NCBI GenBank assembly: GCA_043823065.1 | Contig: JBDRBB010000023.1 | Span: 1 to 64,000 of the forward strand | Direction of reading: 5' to 3' | Source: Pseudomonadota bacterium | GTDB taxonomy: Bacteria > UBA10199 > 2-02-FULL-44-16 > DYJF01 | Length of the DNA: 64,000 nucleotides | In this document: positions 1 to 10,247 of the stretch, in pieces | Numbering within the stretch: position 1 is the first letter of the stretch | How the letters are laid out: each line of letters starts with the position of its first letter | Position numbers and translations under genes: made by a program | Notes under the pieces: generated by a model | Seen by the model: only the letters and a program-made list of their open reading frames with translations | Database searches by the model: none | Told to the model about the DNA's origin: nothing

Positions 1-159
1 GGCGGGGTTGGCGGCCACGCCCCCCATGGTGGTCCAATTGTTTTGCCAGTAATAGATCAGCGAATAATATATATAGCAGCAATTTTGATAGGTTCTTTAA
101 TAACTGCTTTAACCATTATTATTCTTAAAAAAATTAATAAACATCATGAGAAAAATTGA
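1..159 (+). CDS. 3' end of a PTS fructose-family EIIC component (partial)
   Basis: Frame 1 reads GGVGGHAPHGGPIVLPVIDQRIIYIAAILIGSLITALTIIILKK...TGA(157-159). APHGG followed by a final TM helix is typical of fructose-family EIIC C-termini. Confidence 0.65.
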   Translation, partial: GGVGGHAPHGGPIVLPVIDQRIIYIAAILIGSLITALTIIILKKINKHHEKN

Positions 160-256
160 ATGCAAAAAGGTAATTTTGTACGCAACTTTTTTGAATTTTT
201 TACGATAAGTATAATAGGAACTTTTTTATTACATTTAACTTATCATAGGAGGAATT

Positions 257-1963
257 GTGTCAATACGTATAAATGGTATATCAACCGATAGTTTGGGGTT
301 AGATCCCAGTTTGACTCCTGTTCTGGAAGAAATTTTTGGTGTAGATGGTGACGGAGATGTGCGCATAAGTACGGAACGTGATACACTGGAAATAATGGAT
401 CTGAATGGTAATAGAATATACGGCGAAAGGGATGATTATCAACTGTTTGTTGAAAACAGGCAAATGACTGAACTTGTCTCGGATATAATTTCGCCAGACA
501 TAACCTATGAGCAATTTCGTGGTATAGCTCTATTTTTCAATGAAGTTACGAGCGAGCTTGTAGATATGATTATTCCCCTGACGCGGGATGAGGATGCTGA
601 TGTTCGCAGTGCTGCGGCTGAAGCATTAGGCGAAATCGGTGGCTCTAGTGCAGTTGATGCGCTTATTACCCTGACGCGGGATGCGGATGCTGATGTTCGC
701 AGTGCTGCGGCTGAAGCATTAGGCGAAATCGGTGGCTCTAGTGCAGTTGATGCGCTTGTTCTCTTGACGCGGGAAGAGAATGCTTATGTTCGCAGGTATG
801 CGGCTGAGGCATTAGGCAGAATCGGTGACCCTCGCGCAGTTGAGGCGATTATTCCCCTGATGCGGTCTATGAATTATGATGTTCGCAGTGCTGCGGCTGA
901 AGCATTAGGCAGAATCGGTGGCTCTAGTGCAGTTGATGCGCTTGTTCTCTTGACGCAAGATGAGGATGTTCGCTGGGCTGCGGCTTTGGCATTAGGCGAA
1001 ATCGGTGACCCTCGCGCATTTGATGCGCTTGTTCTCTTGACGCAAGATGAGGATGTTCGTGTTCGCAGTGCTGCGGCTTTGGCATTAGGCGAAATCGGTG
1101 ACCCTCGCGCATTTGATGCGCTTGTTCTCTTGACGCGGGAGGTGTATAGTGATGAGGATAGTGATCCTCGCGTTACTGCGGCTATAGCATTAGGCGAAAT
1201 CGGTGACCCTCGCGCATTTGATGTGCTTGTTGACTTGACGCGGTATGCGGATAGTGGAGCGAATAGTGATGTTATCAGGTATGCGGCTTTGGCATTAGGC
1301 AGCATCGGTGACCTTCGTGCAGTTGATGCGCTTATTCCCCTGATGCGGTCGGCGAATAGTAGTGTTCGCAGGGCTGCGGCTGAGGCATTAGGCGAAATCG
1401 GTGGCTCTAGTGCAGTTGATGCGCTTGTTCTCTTGACGCGGGAAGAGAATGCTTATGTTCGCAGGTATGCGGCTGAGGCATTAGGCAGAATCGGTGACCC
1501 TCGCGCAGTTGAGGTGCTTATTCCCCTGACGCGGCATGAGGATATTTCTGCTCGCTGGGCTGCGGCTGAGGCATTAGGCAGAATCGGTGACCCTCGCGCA
1601 GTTGAGGCGATTATTCCCCTGATGCGGTCTATGAATTATGATGTTCGCAGTGCTGCGTTTGAGGCATTAGGCAGAATCGGTGACCCTCGCGCAGTTGAGG
1701 TGCTTATTCCCCTGACGCGGCATGAGAATATTTCTGTTCGCTGGGATGCGGCTGAGGCATTAGGCAGAATCGGTGACTCTCGCGCAGTTGACGCGCTTGT
1801 TCTCTTGATGCAAGATGAGGATGTTCGTGTTCGCAGTGCTGCGGCTGAAGCATTAGGCGGAATCGGTGACCCTCGCGCAGTTGAGGCGCTTGTTTCAATG
1901 CTGGATAATGAAGATCCTGTTTTACGCGTAGCCGCTATTGGGGCCCTAACCCCACATAGCTAA
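257..1963 (+). CDS. HEAT-repeat (PBS-lyase/alphaRep-like) protein
   Basis: About 14 tandem ~31-aa repeats (VRxAAAEALGxIGDPRAVxAL) plus a capping repeat; AGGAGG RBS before the GTG start. Confidence 0.9.
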   Translation: MSIRINGISTDSLGLDPSLTPVLEEIFGVDGDGDVRISTERDTLEIMDLNGNRIYGERDDYQLFVENRQMTELVSDIISPDITYEQFRGIALFFNEVTSELVDMIIPLTRDEDADVRSAAAEALGEIGGSSAVDALITLTRDADADVRSAAAEALGEIGGSSAVDALVLLTREENAYVRRYAAEALGRIGDPRAVEAIIPLMRSMNYDVRSAAAEALGRIGGSSAVDALVLLTQDEDVRWAAALALGEIGDPRAFDALVLLTQDEDVRVRSAAALALGEIGDPRAFDALVLLTREVYSDEDSDPRVTAAIALGEIGDPRAFDVLVDLTRYADSGANSDVIRYAALALGSIGDLRAVDALIPLMRSANSSVRRAAAEALGEIGGSSAVDALVLLTREENAYVRRYAAEALGRIGDPRAVEVLIPLTRHEDISARWAAAEALGRIGDPRAVEAIIPLMRSMNYDVRSAAFEALGRIGDPRAVEVLIPLTRHENISVRWDAAEALGRIGDSRAVDALVLLMQDEDVRVRSAAAEALGGIGDPRAVEALVSMLDNEDPVLRVAAIGALTPHS

Positions 1964-2191
1964 AACCAAATGTAAAACCAGGGTCAGTTGTCAACATGGG
2001 CTTGTTGAAAAATGAGGGTGATTTATAAGTTTGTGGTGAAGCGAGATTTGTCAAAGAACTAGGTGGAAGTTTGTGTTTCCCATGATAGATAAAAAAATAG
2101 TGAAAATAAGCAACTTTTTCTGTTTGGTGACGATAATATAAATAAGAAACAGATAAGTTTAAATGTTTAATATAAACAAGAGGAGGTTTCA

Positions 2192-2545
2192 ATGGAATGG
2201 TTAAGATCAGCATGGTGTAACTATGTAGGTTGGGGATGTGGTGACTCAAATTCCAGATGGATGAGCGCAGATGGAGAAGAATTGCGCTCAGGTAATGAAG
2301 TGTGGGTCAATAGCAGATCAGAAATTGGGGCAGACGCTGCCTTGGATCACTTGATAATAACAACTGAGAGATGTGAAGACCCATCACAAATTAACGTCAG
2401 ACAATTCAATAGTAGTTATGGAACAGAATCTGTTTGCATAGATCCCTCTTATGCTTATGTCGATTCTGCAAGATCATTGGCTGCTTTACTTGACGGTAGT
2501 TTAAGAGCGTTACCTCAACAACTATCAATACACGCTACGGATTAG
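2192..2545 (+). CDS. Hypothetical protein
   Basis: 117-aa ORF with GAGGAGG RBS; no recognisable family. Confidence 0.55.
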   Translation: MEWLRSAWCNYVGWGCGDSNSRWMSADGEELRSGNEVWVNSRSEIGADAALDHLIITTERCEDPSQINVRQFNSSYGTESVCIDPSYAYVDSARSLAALLDGSLRALPQQLSIHATD

Positions 2546-3136
2546 AAATAGAAAGGGGAGGTTTCTATCATATAACAATAAAGTGCGTGTTGAAATTTTT
2601 GTGGTGTATGGCAACGCTATGATATGAACTTTAATGATCTGGCCACGAAAAAATTTTGTCAGACGCCTCTGAAAAATGAGGTCAATAATAATCAATAATT
2701 ACGTAAACGGGTACTATCTCCTAAAATGGTTGCCCAGATACGCCTCTTCGTGCTCAATGGCACAGGGTAGTTAGTCGATCCTGAAAAAGTTGATTTTAAG
2801 TTTACTGAGCTAAAGCACAATACCGAAAATTGTGATCCCAAATCTTTCTAATCTCCTCTGACAGCCACAAAATCAAATCTTGTCAGACGGAGCAAAAAAA
2901 ATCATTACAATTCGTATGGTTAGAGAGTTCCAAAGTAACTTCTCAATAAGCTGAGGTTGTTTGTTCTTCCTGCGCAAGCAGGAATTCAGCAAAAATCGGC
3001 CAAAATCAGCAAAATTCGAACTGCTTTAATATAAGATGCTGTGTAAACCGCAAAAATAAATGGACATACTATTAGCGTTATGATATGAAATCGCTAATAA
3101 TGAATCTTGCTATTAGCACCCTATTTAAGAGCTTTT

Positions 3137-4282
3137 ATGAATAATAAAAAGGCCTCCGGACAAAGAATACGCTGTTCTGAGGGATATTCGGCTTTTATAC
3201 CAAACCCTCTTCCACCCGGAATAAACTGGACGACGAAACTTTCCAATGCGCTTTCTGACGCTGACCGCCTCATAGGCAAACTTGCAGGTGAAGGACGGCA
3301 ACTACCAAATCCTCACCTGCTAATGCGTCCTTTTATAAGGCGGGAGGCTGTACTATCCAGCCGCATAGAAGGAACACAGGCCACTTTAGGCGAATTGCTG
3401 GCAAAGGAGGCGGGGGCAAATATAGAACGAAGCCCTGATGATTTGCGTGAAGTTGCTAATTATGTTGTGGCACTTGAATACGGAATTAAAAGATTAAAAA
3501 ATCTTCCTCTATCATTAAGACTTATCCGGGAATTACATGAACACCTGATGAAAAACGTAAGGGGTGGACAGGCAACCCCTGGTGAGTTCCGTCGAACACA
3601 AAACTGGATAGGAAAACCAGGAAGCACATTAGCTAATGCTTCTTATGTTCCTCCACCACCGCATGAATTGATGGATTGCCTAGATAAATTTGAAAAATTT
3701 TTACACGACAAGACGCTGCCACCCCTTGTACAGATAGCCTTAATTCACTATCAATTTGAGGCTATTCATCCATTTTTAGATGGAAATGGCCGTGTGGGGC
3801 GTCTCCTTATTACGCTCTTTTTAATTGAGCGCAATGTATTACCAACACCGCTTCTCTATTTAAGCGCATTTTTTGAAGCAACGCGGCGCGATTATTACGC
3901 CATGCTCACAAACATCCATGAACACGCTGAATGGGAAGACTGGCTGGAATACTTTTTTAATGGCGTTGCACGTCAGTCGGAAGACGCACTTAGTCGTGCG
4001 GAGCGAATCAATAAAAAAATACTTATGTGGAGAAAATTAATCGTCGACGCTTCGTCAAAAACCCCTTCTTTGGTAATTGATAGGATAGCCGCCAATCCAT
4101 TCATTACCGTAAAAGGAGCGGCAAAGAAATTGAACGTAGCATTTACCACGGCACAGCGTGCAATCGACAGACTTGAAAAACTGAACATTCTTAAAAAAGA
4201 AACGAATGCAAAACGTGATAGAGTTTATTGTGCAAAAGATATTTTGAATATTCTTGAGGAACCAGCAAAGTTGACACCATAA
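3137..4282 (+). CDS. Fic family protein with C-terminal HTH
   Basis: HPFLDGNGRVGR Fic motif and SSRIEG inhibitory motif. ATG at 3137 preferred over TTG at 3107. Confidence 0.9.
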   Translation: MNNKKASGQRIRCSEGYSAFIPNPLPPGINWTTKLSNALSDADRLIGKLAGEGRQLPNPHLLMRPFIRREAVLSSRIEGTQATLGELLAKEAGANIERSPDDLREVANYVVALEYGIKRLKNLPLSLRLIRELHEHLMKNVRGGQATPGEFRRTQNWIGKPGSTLANASYVPPPPHELMDCLDKFEKFLHDKTLPPLVQIALIHYQFEAIHPFLDGNGRVGRLLITLFLIERNVLPTPLLYLSAFFEATRRDYYAMLTNIHEHAEWEDWLEYFFNGVARQSEDALSRAERINKKILMWRKLIVDASSKTPSLVIDRIAANPFITVKGAAKKLNVAFTTAQRAIDRLEKLNILKKETNAKRDRVYCAKDILNILEEPAKLTP

Positions 4283-4526
4283 AGCAATGCCAAATATCTT
4301 ATTCTCCTTGTGCGCAGCTATTGTACAAGGAATTCTGATTTGCTTTGTCTGACGATTTCCGTCTGCTGCTTGATTTTCGTCTGTCTGTGAAAAACGGAAG
4401 TTCTACAGATTCAGGCAAGGTATCATTAACGACGTCAAGCCGGTAAAATTATCCTTGATAATCATGCGATTATATGTCTTAATATGGCATGGCGAAGAAA
4501 AGAGCTGAAACCATATTAAGCAAATT

Positions 4527-5468
4527 ATGACAAACCTAAAAAAAGATCTAAAAGAAACTTTGGAAAGAAAACTAAAAAAACTTAATGCTTTGCGGCCATT
4601 GCCTGCTTCAGCTGTGCAAAAATTGCGCAGCCAATTTGAGATTGAAATGACCTATAATTCAAATGCAATTGAAGGCAACAGTTTAACTTTAAAAGAAACC
4701 TTTTTGGTTATAAATGAAGGAATAACTGTAAAAAATAAACCATTAAAAGACCATCTGGAAGCCAAGGATCATTATGCTGCACTGGAGTATTTGTATGATT
4801 TAGTTGAAAAAGGGAAAAGGCATACTATTTCGGAACATCTAATCAGAACTTTGCATCAATTAATTACCCAAGACACAGAAAAAGAATGGGCAGGTAGATA
4901 TAGGAACAGCAATGTTGTTATAGGTGGTGCTGATCATAAACCTCCAGATGCACTTGAAGTACCTGTAAAAATGAACAATCTGATCTCATGGGTGCAAGAA
5001 AAAAATAATAAAATGCATGTTGTGGAACTGGCAGCTTGTTTGCACCACCATCTGGTTTTTATTCATCCTTTTTTTGATGGAAATGGCAGGACCGCACGTA
5101 TAACAATGAATCTCTTATTAATGCAGGCAGGATATCCTCTGGTGGTTATTTTAAAAAATGACCGGAAAAAATATTATCGAGTATTGAGCCAAGCTGACAA
5201 AGGAAATTTAGAGCCAATAGTTCTTTTCATTGCTCAAGCTGTAGAACGTTCGTTAGATATATATTTAAAAATATTAACGCCAGTTTCTGAAAACAGAGAG
5301 AATTTCCTTCCTCTGTCTGAAATTAGCAAATTAACTGTTTACTCCTCTAAATATCTTAATTTATTGGTTAGACAAGGAAAGCTGGAAGCACATAAAGAAG
5401 GAAGAACCTGGCTTACTTCCAAAGAGGCGGTGGAGAGATATGTAAAAAAAAGAAAGCGGAGAAGATAG
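4527..5468 (+). CDS. Fic family protein with C-terminal HTH
   Basis: HPFFDGNGRTAR motif, SNAIEGN inhibitory motif, C-terminal excisionase-like HTH. Confidence 0.9.
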   Translation: MTNLKKDLKETLERKLKKLNALRPLPASAVQKLRSQFEIEMTYNSNAIEGNSLTLKETFLVINEGITVKNKPLKDHLEAKDHYAALEYLYDLVEKGKRHTISEHLIRTLHQLITQDTEKEWAGRYRNSNVVIGGADHKPPDALEVPVKMNNLISWVQEKNNKMHVVELAACLHHHLVFIHPFFDGNGRTARITMNLLLMQAGYPLVVILKNDRKKYYRVLSQADKGNLEPIVLFIAQAVERSLDIYLKILTPVSENRENFLPLSEISKLTVYSSKYLNLLVRQGKLEAHKEGRTWLTSKEAVERYVKKRKRRR

Positions 5469-5545
5469 TATCTGATTTATAAGTTCTAAAAAGTTCTAAA
5501 ATGTTGCATTTAAAATCATTGGTTGCTAATTAGGTAACCTTCAAA

Positions 5546-5640
5546 TTCCCCCTCCCTTGAGGGGAGGGGTTAGGGGAGGGTGATCAAGGGTACAGGGTGG
5601 TCACCCCCTCCCAGGCCTCCCCCATCCAGAGGGAGGTGAG
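5546..5640. repeat. GC-rich palindromic intergenic repeat
   Basis: CCCCTCCC-TTGA-GGGGAGGGG hairpin and an inverted partner (GGGGAGGGTGA...TCACCCCCTCCC). Confidence 0.6.
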
Positions 5641-5682
5641 GCGGTTGCCGCCATAGGCGGCTCAATTATAAAGGAGAACCAT

Positions 5683-7941
5683 ATGAGTGAAGCGCAAATT
5701 GTTCTGCCAGCTTTAGGAACCCTAGAATTAACTCTGCTCTGGTGCGTGTTTGGCTGTGCTTTTGTGGCCTTGTTTTATGGTTTGTGGCTCGTGGTCAGGG
5801 TTATAAAGACTCCAGGCGGCACAGCTAAGATGGAAGAGGTCTCAGCTGCAATCAGAGAAGGGGCCATGTCTTATCTAACTCGTCAGTTCAAAACCATGAT
5901 CTGGTTTGTGCTGGCCATAGCTGTGGCTTTATTTTTTGTTTATCGCCCAATTTATGCAGGTCTGGAATATAAATACATTCCTTTAGATTGGGGTATAGCC
6001 ATAGCTTTTTTCATGGGCGTGATGGCCTCTTACGGCGCTGGTTACGTGGGCATGTGGCTGGCTGTAAAAGGCAATGTCAAAACTTCTGCTGCTGCCTTGA
6101 AGAGTTTCAAAGGTGCTTTAGAGTTGGCTTTTAGAGCTGGCACAGTTTCCGGCATGTTCACTATTGGGTTTGGTTTGCTGGGCGCTACCATCATCTTTTT
6201 GCTCTTTCAAGAACAAGCCATGAAAGTTTTGGTCGGTTTTGGTTTTGGCGGATGCTTGGCTGCTTTGTTCATGAGAATGGGCGGCGGAATTTTTACCAAA
6301 GCTGCTGATGTTGGCGCTGATCTGGTTGGCAAAATTGAAGCTGGCATTCCAGAAGATGATCCTAGAAACGCAGCCACCATTGCGGATAATGTTGGCGACA
6401 ATGTTGGCGACTGCGCTGGCATGGCAGCAGATGTATTTGAAAGTTATGAAGTAACTTTGGTGGCAGCCATTATTCTAGCGGTGGGCGCGCTTTTAGACCC
6501 AGGTTTCAACGCTATTTACGGCGCTGCTGCTTCTGCTTTTGCCTTAAAGATGATTATCTATCCTTTGCTGGTTAGAGGAGTGGGCGTTTTTTCTTCTATT
6601 ATTGGAACTTTGTGCGTGCGCGCTAATGATAAAACTCTTAAAGATCCCATGCGTCCTATCAGTATTGGTTATTGGATCTCTGGTTTAGCTTCTATTGTTG
6701 GTTTTGCCATTATCAATTATTTTTATATTCGCGATCCAATTACTGATGCAGTTGATTGGCGTTTTTTCTGGGCCACGACCATGGGTATTGTTTTAGCTAT
6801 TATCACGCTTTGGATTACCAATCGTTTTACTCATCCAGATAAACCTTCAGCAACTGAAACCGCACTTGCCACCAAAACAGGTCCGGCAACCATGATCTTA
6901 AATGGCATTGGTGTTGGTTTGGAATCTTCAGTCTGGGCAATTTTAGCCATTGCCGTAACCATTGTTGGTTCATACATGATTTTTCACGGCAACATTGCTC
7001 TAGCTGCTTACGGCATTGCCTTGGCTGGATTGGGTTTACTCACCACCACTGGTTTTATTTTGGCCATGGATACCTTTGGTCCAATTACTGATAATGCTCA
7101 CGGCATTTTTGAGATGAGTGGTTTAACTGAAGATAAAATCGGCGAAGCTGGTCGCAATCTGGCTTGGCTTGATGCTATTGGCAATACTACTAAAGCGTTA
7201 ACCAAGGGTTTGGCTATTGCCACTGCTGTTCTTGCTGCTATCTCACTTTTCCGTTCTTATATTGATGAAGCGCATCTGGCAGAAATTGGCATTCAAGTGC
7301 AAATGCCCATGGTTTTTGTGGGCTTGTTAATCGGCGGAGCCGTGCCTTTTATCTTTTCTTCTTTTGCCATTAAAGCAGTGGGCAGAGCAGCTTTTGAAGT
7401 TGTGGAAGAAGTGCGGCGCCAGTTTAGGGAAAAACCAGGCATTATGCAGTTTAAGGAAAAGCCAGAATATGGTCGCTGTGTAGATATTGTAACTAGTGCT
7501 GCTCAAAAAGAACTTATTGGTCCAGCAATTTTAGCAATTGCTACGCCAATTTTAGTTGCTTTTGCTTTTGGGGTTGCAGCTTTAGGTGGTTACTTGGCTG
7601 GCGCAATCTTAACTGGCCAACTCATGGCTGTGTTTTTTGCTAATAGTGGTGCGGTTTGGGATAATGCCAAAAAGAAGATTGAAGATGGATTTTTAGGTGG
7701 CAAAGGCACAGATGCGCACAAAGCTGCAGTAGTGGGCGACACTGTTGGCGATCCTTTTAAAGATACGGCAGGTCCTGCCATTAATCCTTTAATCAAGGTT
7801 ATGAACCTAGTGGCCATCTTGATTGCGCCGTTTGCAATTAGAGATATGACAATTACGGTGAAGGCTATTATTTCTTTAGTCTGTTTAGCTGCCTTGGCAG
7901 TTGCCTTTATGTTTTCTAAGCGAGGCGGATTAAAGGAATAA
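5683..7941 (+). CDS. hppA: Membrane-bound proton-translocating pyrophosphatase, K+-independent type
   Basis: [27 protein letters not shown] and [10 protein letters not shown] motifs. GNTTKA carries the Lys that marks K+-independent enzymes. Confidence 0.92.
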   Translation: MSEAQIVLPALGTLELTLLWCVFGCAFVALFYGLWLVVRVIKTPGGTAKMEEVSAAIREGAMSYLTRQFKTMIWFVLAIAVALFFVYRPIYAGLEYKYIPLDWGIAIAFFMGVMASYGAGYVGMWLAVKGNVKTSAAALKSFKGALELAFRAGTVSGMFTIGFGLLGATIIFLLFQEQAMKVLVGFGFGGCLAALFMRMGGGIFTKAADVGADLVGKIEAGIPEDDPRNAATIADNVGDNVGDCAGMAADVFESYEVTLVAAIILAVGALLDPGFNAIYGAAASAFALKMIIYPLLVRGVGVFSSIIGTLCVRANDKTLKDPMRPISIGYWISGLASIVGFAIINYFYIRDPITDAVDWRFFWATTMGIVLAIITLWITNRFTHPDKPSATETALATKTGPATMILNGIGVGLESSVWAILAIAVTIVGSYMIFHGNIALAAYGIALAGLGLLTTTGFILAMDTFGPITDNAHGIFEMSGLTEDKIGEAGRNLAWLDAIGNTTKALTKGLAIATAVLAAISLFRSYIDEAHLAEIGIQVQMPMVFVGLLIGGAVPFIFSSFAIKAVGRAAFEVVEEVRRQFREKPGIMQFKEKPEYGRCVDIVTSAAQKELIGPAILAIATPILVAFAFGVAALGGYLAGAILTGQLMAVFFANSGAVWDNAKKKIEDGFLGGKGTDAHKAAVVGDTVGDPFKDTAGPAINPLIKVMNLVAILIAPFAIRDMTITVKAIISLVCLAALAVAFMFSKRGGLKE

Positions 7942-7947
7942 GGTTTG

Positions 7948-9773
7948 TTAATTCCTTGCTAAAGTTCTCAGCTGCCCTTGCCAGAAGTTTCTGAGGAATT
8001 CTGTGCGTGAATTGCCCAATCCTTCAGTAGCTAACCTGTCTCTGATGGTTCGTCTGGTTTCTGGATTTTGTTCAAAAAAGATCCTCAAAGCCTGGCCTTC
8101 TTGTATTCTATGATTGCTCAAAGCCCTGTGGATTATAAAATTTACAGAATCTAACAGCATGCGATTAGTTACCACCAATCCCGGAGTGTTGCGAGAAAGG
8201 CTATTCAGATTTCTTTCCACAGTGTTGGTTAGGGCATATAAAGCAGGTCCATAACGTAGTCTATTTCCTGCATCTAATTCTGGTAGCAAACGGATGATGC
8301 TTGCTTCAATTAACTCTCTCCTCCGTCTTGGATAAAGAGGTAGGGGGCTATGTTGAGTAAAAGTATTAGTTTCAGTTGGAATTGGCTGGCTAGTTAATCC
8401 TTCGGTTAAATAAGGGCCAGCCTCGTTAATTGCTTCTGCCAGCCTCAAGGCATTATAGGTAAGATCATTGGCACCAAACATAGCTGCTTCTTGTTGCAGG
8501 CGCTCAGCTAATTCTGGCGGGAAAAATTAGGAGCCCTGCCTGAAATTTCTGGATTAGGTAACCATCCTGGATCAGAAACTCTTCTAAGTTGATTTGAAGC
8601 CTCTATCAAGGCTGGTCCAGTTCTAATAATTTGTTCATTTTCCAGATGCATAAGATATGGCCTTAAACTTCTTTGCAATTCTGCTACCCTGTTTTGTAGC
8701 TGTCTTCTAACTCGGCTGTGTTCTTCTGGAGAGGTGTTGCCCAGGTCTCTTAGATAAAAATTATTTAGTTCCTCTCTGGCCAGAAACAGTTCAGCTAAGC
8801 GTCGCTCGAATTGTCCATATAATGCTTCAACTTCTTCTAATGGTTCTTCACCATATAATTCAATGGCGCCTGCAACATTCAGATCAGAAGGTATTCCTGA
8901 ATTAACCAGAGGATAGAGATATGTTCTGCCATTTGCTGGGTCTTGGGTTACCAACGCTGCATGGCGAACTAACCCCAAGTCAAATGGAGAACGCAAAAAT
9001 CTGGCAGCAAATGGATTCCAGTTGAAAGGTTCGGTTCTTTCTTCTGTGAAATCTCCAAGCAGTTGTGCTGTGAGTGTGGCAGCAAAGGCCCTGGGGGGCA
9101 ATTCAAAAATGCCAGATGAAGCACCTCGTATAGCAAAAGAATCTCTTTCAAGTTCACTCATGGCCAAGGCTTCTCGAATGTGAGGATAAGAAACTGCAAC
9201 TGGGGAATATGTGTCTGGAGGTGTAACTTCTCTGGCCAATAATTCTCTTTGTTCCTCAAGGCTTTGAAAAAATCTGGAAGTGTTTTCATCGCAGCCATAA
9301 GCATTCATTTCAGCTAAGGTAAATTCAATGGCTCGTAAGCGAGCTTGGACGCCGGTTTGTTCGCCATATAATTCTCCAATCCAGCTTGCTTCAAGTTCTC
9401 GTGCTGCTAGGAGATTTTGAAATTCAGCTCTGCTTCCTTGTTGTAATAAATATTCTCCAGACAAAGAAAAAATGCCTACTACTCTAGCGTTTTCAGGCCA
9501 GCGGCTTTGGGGTAAGTATAAAAAATAACCTTCACCAGGGATTCTTGCCAGGCTGGCTGCATATTCATAAACATCTGCAGCATAGTTGAAGATACGAGAA
9601 TGATTATTTAGAAACTCCTGAACTTCTGCAGGAAATTCCATAAAACCTGGATTATTTGGATTGTGACAATCGTTACTAGAAAGCTCCACTCTAGGTGGGT
9701 TGGTAGAAAAATTACTTATTTCAGACGGAGAAGGTGCAATTACTCTTAAACCTGTTTCTGCTCCACAAAACAT
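7948..9773 (-). pseudogene. Orphan gene split by a probable frameshift (ORFs 8508-9773 and 7948-8481)
   Basis: AGGAGG RBS before 9773. The downstream frame opens right at a T-run near 8525 and reads FFPPELAERLQQEAAMFG, with no RBS before its ATG. Confidence 0.5.
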
Positions 9774-9895
9774 TTTACCTCCTAAATAATTTAAAGATCG
9801 GCCCTAATAACTAGAATTTATGCGACAGTGCAAGGGAAAAATAAATCTGTTTGACGAAACCAACCATATTCCCTAATAGCTAGTAAGTTTTAGTT

Positions 9896-9919
9896 GTCAT
9901 TCCCGCGAAAGCGGGAATC
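9896..9919. repeat. REP-like palindrome GTCATTCCCGCGAAAGCGGGAATC
   Basis: Hairpin; related copies at 2963-2987 and 24745-24810. Confidence 0.7.
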
Positions 9920-9947
9920 TAGCACTGGAAACCTGTGGGGCTAAGGC

Positions 9948-10238
9948 ATGAAAGATAACGATATTGCTAAAATTTTTGAACAGGCAGGTGAATATTTTCA
10001 GGACAAAGACGAATCCATCTATCGCATGTTTGCCATGTTGGTTAAGGCAACTTTAAAATATCGGGATGATTTGTTGGAGCGCAAAGACGAGACCTTAACT
10101 GTGGGTGAAACCCAAAAAGCTTTGGATGTCTTTATGCAAGTTTTGCAAACTCAAGAAATTCCTTCGGATCTAGAGCAAAATGTGCATGATCTGTTAATTC
10201 TGTGGTTGGAAGAGCTTAAACAAAGGGTGCGGCACTAA
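9948..10238 (+). CDS. Hypothetical protein
   Basis: 96-aa ORF heading an apparent operon. Confidence 0.7.
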   Translation: MKDNDIAKIFEQAGEYFQDKDESIYRMFAMLVKATLKYRDDLLERKDETLTVGETQKALDVFMQVLQTQEIPSDLEQNVHDLLILWLEELKQRVRH

Positions 10239-10247
10239 GGGGGTTAG

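Noticed and set aside
570..1890. Regular direct repeats resembling a CRISPR array
   Set aside because: They are in-frame coding HEAT repeats, the intervening segments themselves recur, and no cas genes are present.
9721..9733. TCAGACGGAGAAG, a near match to the 13-bp motif
   Set aside because: Two mismatches and inside a coding region; compatible with chance.
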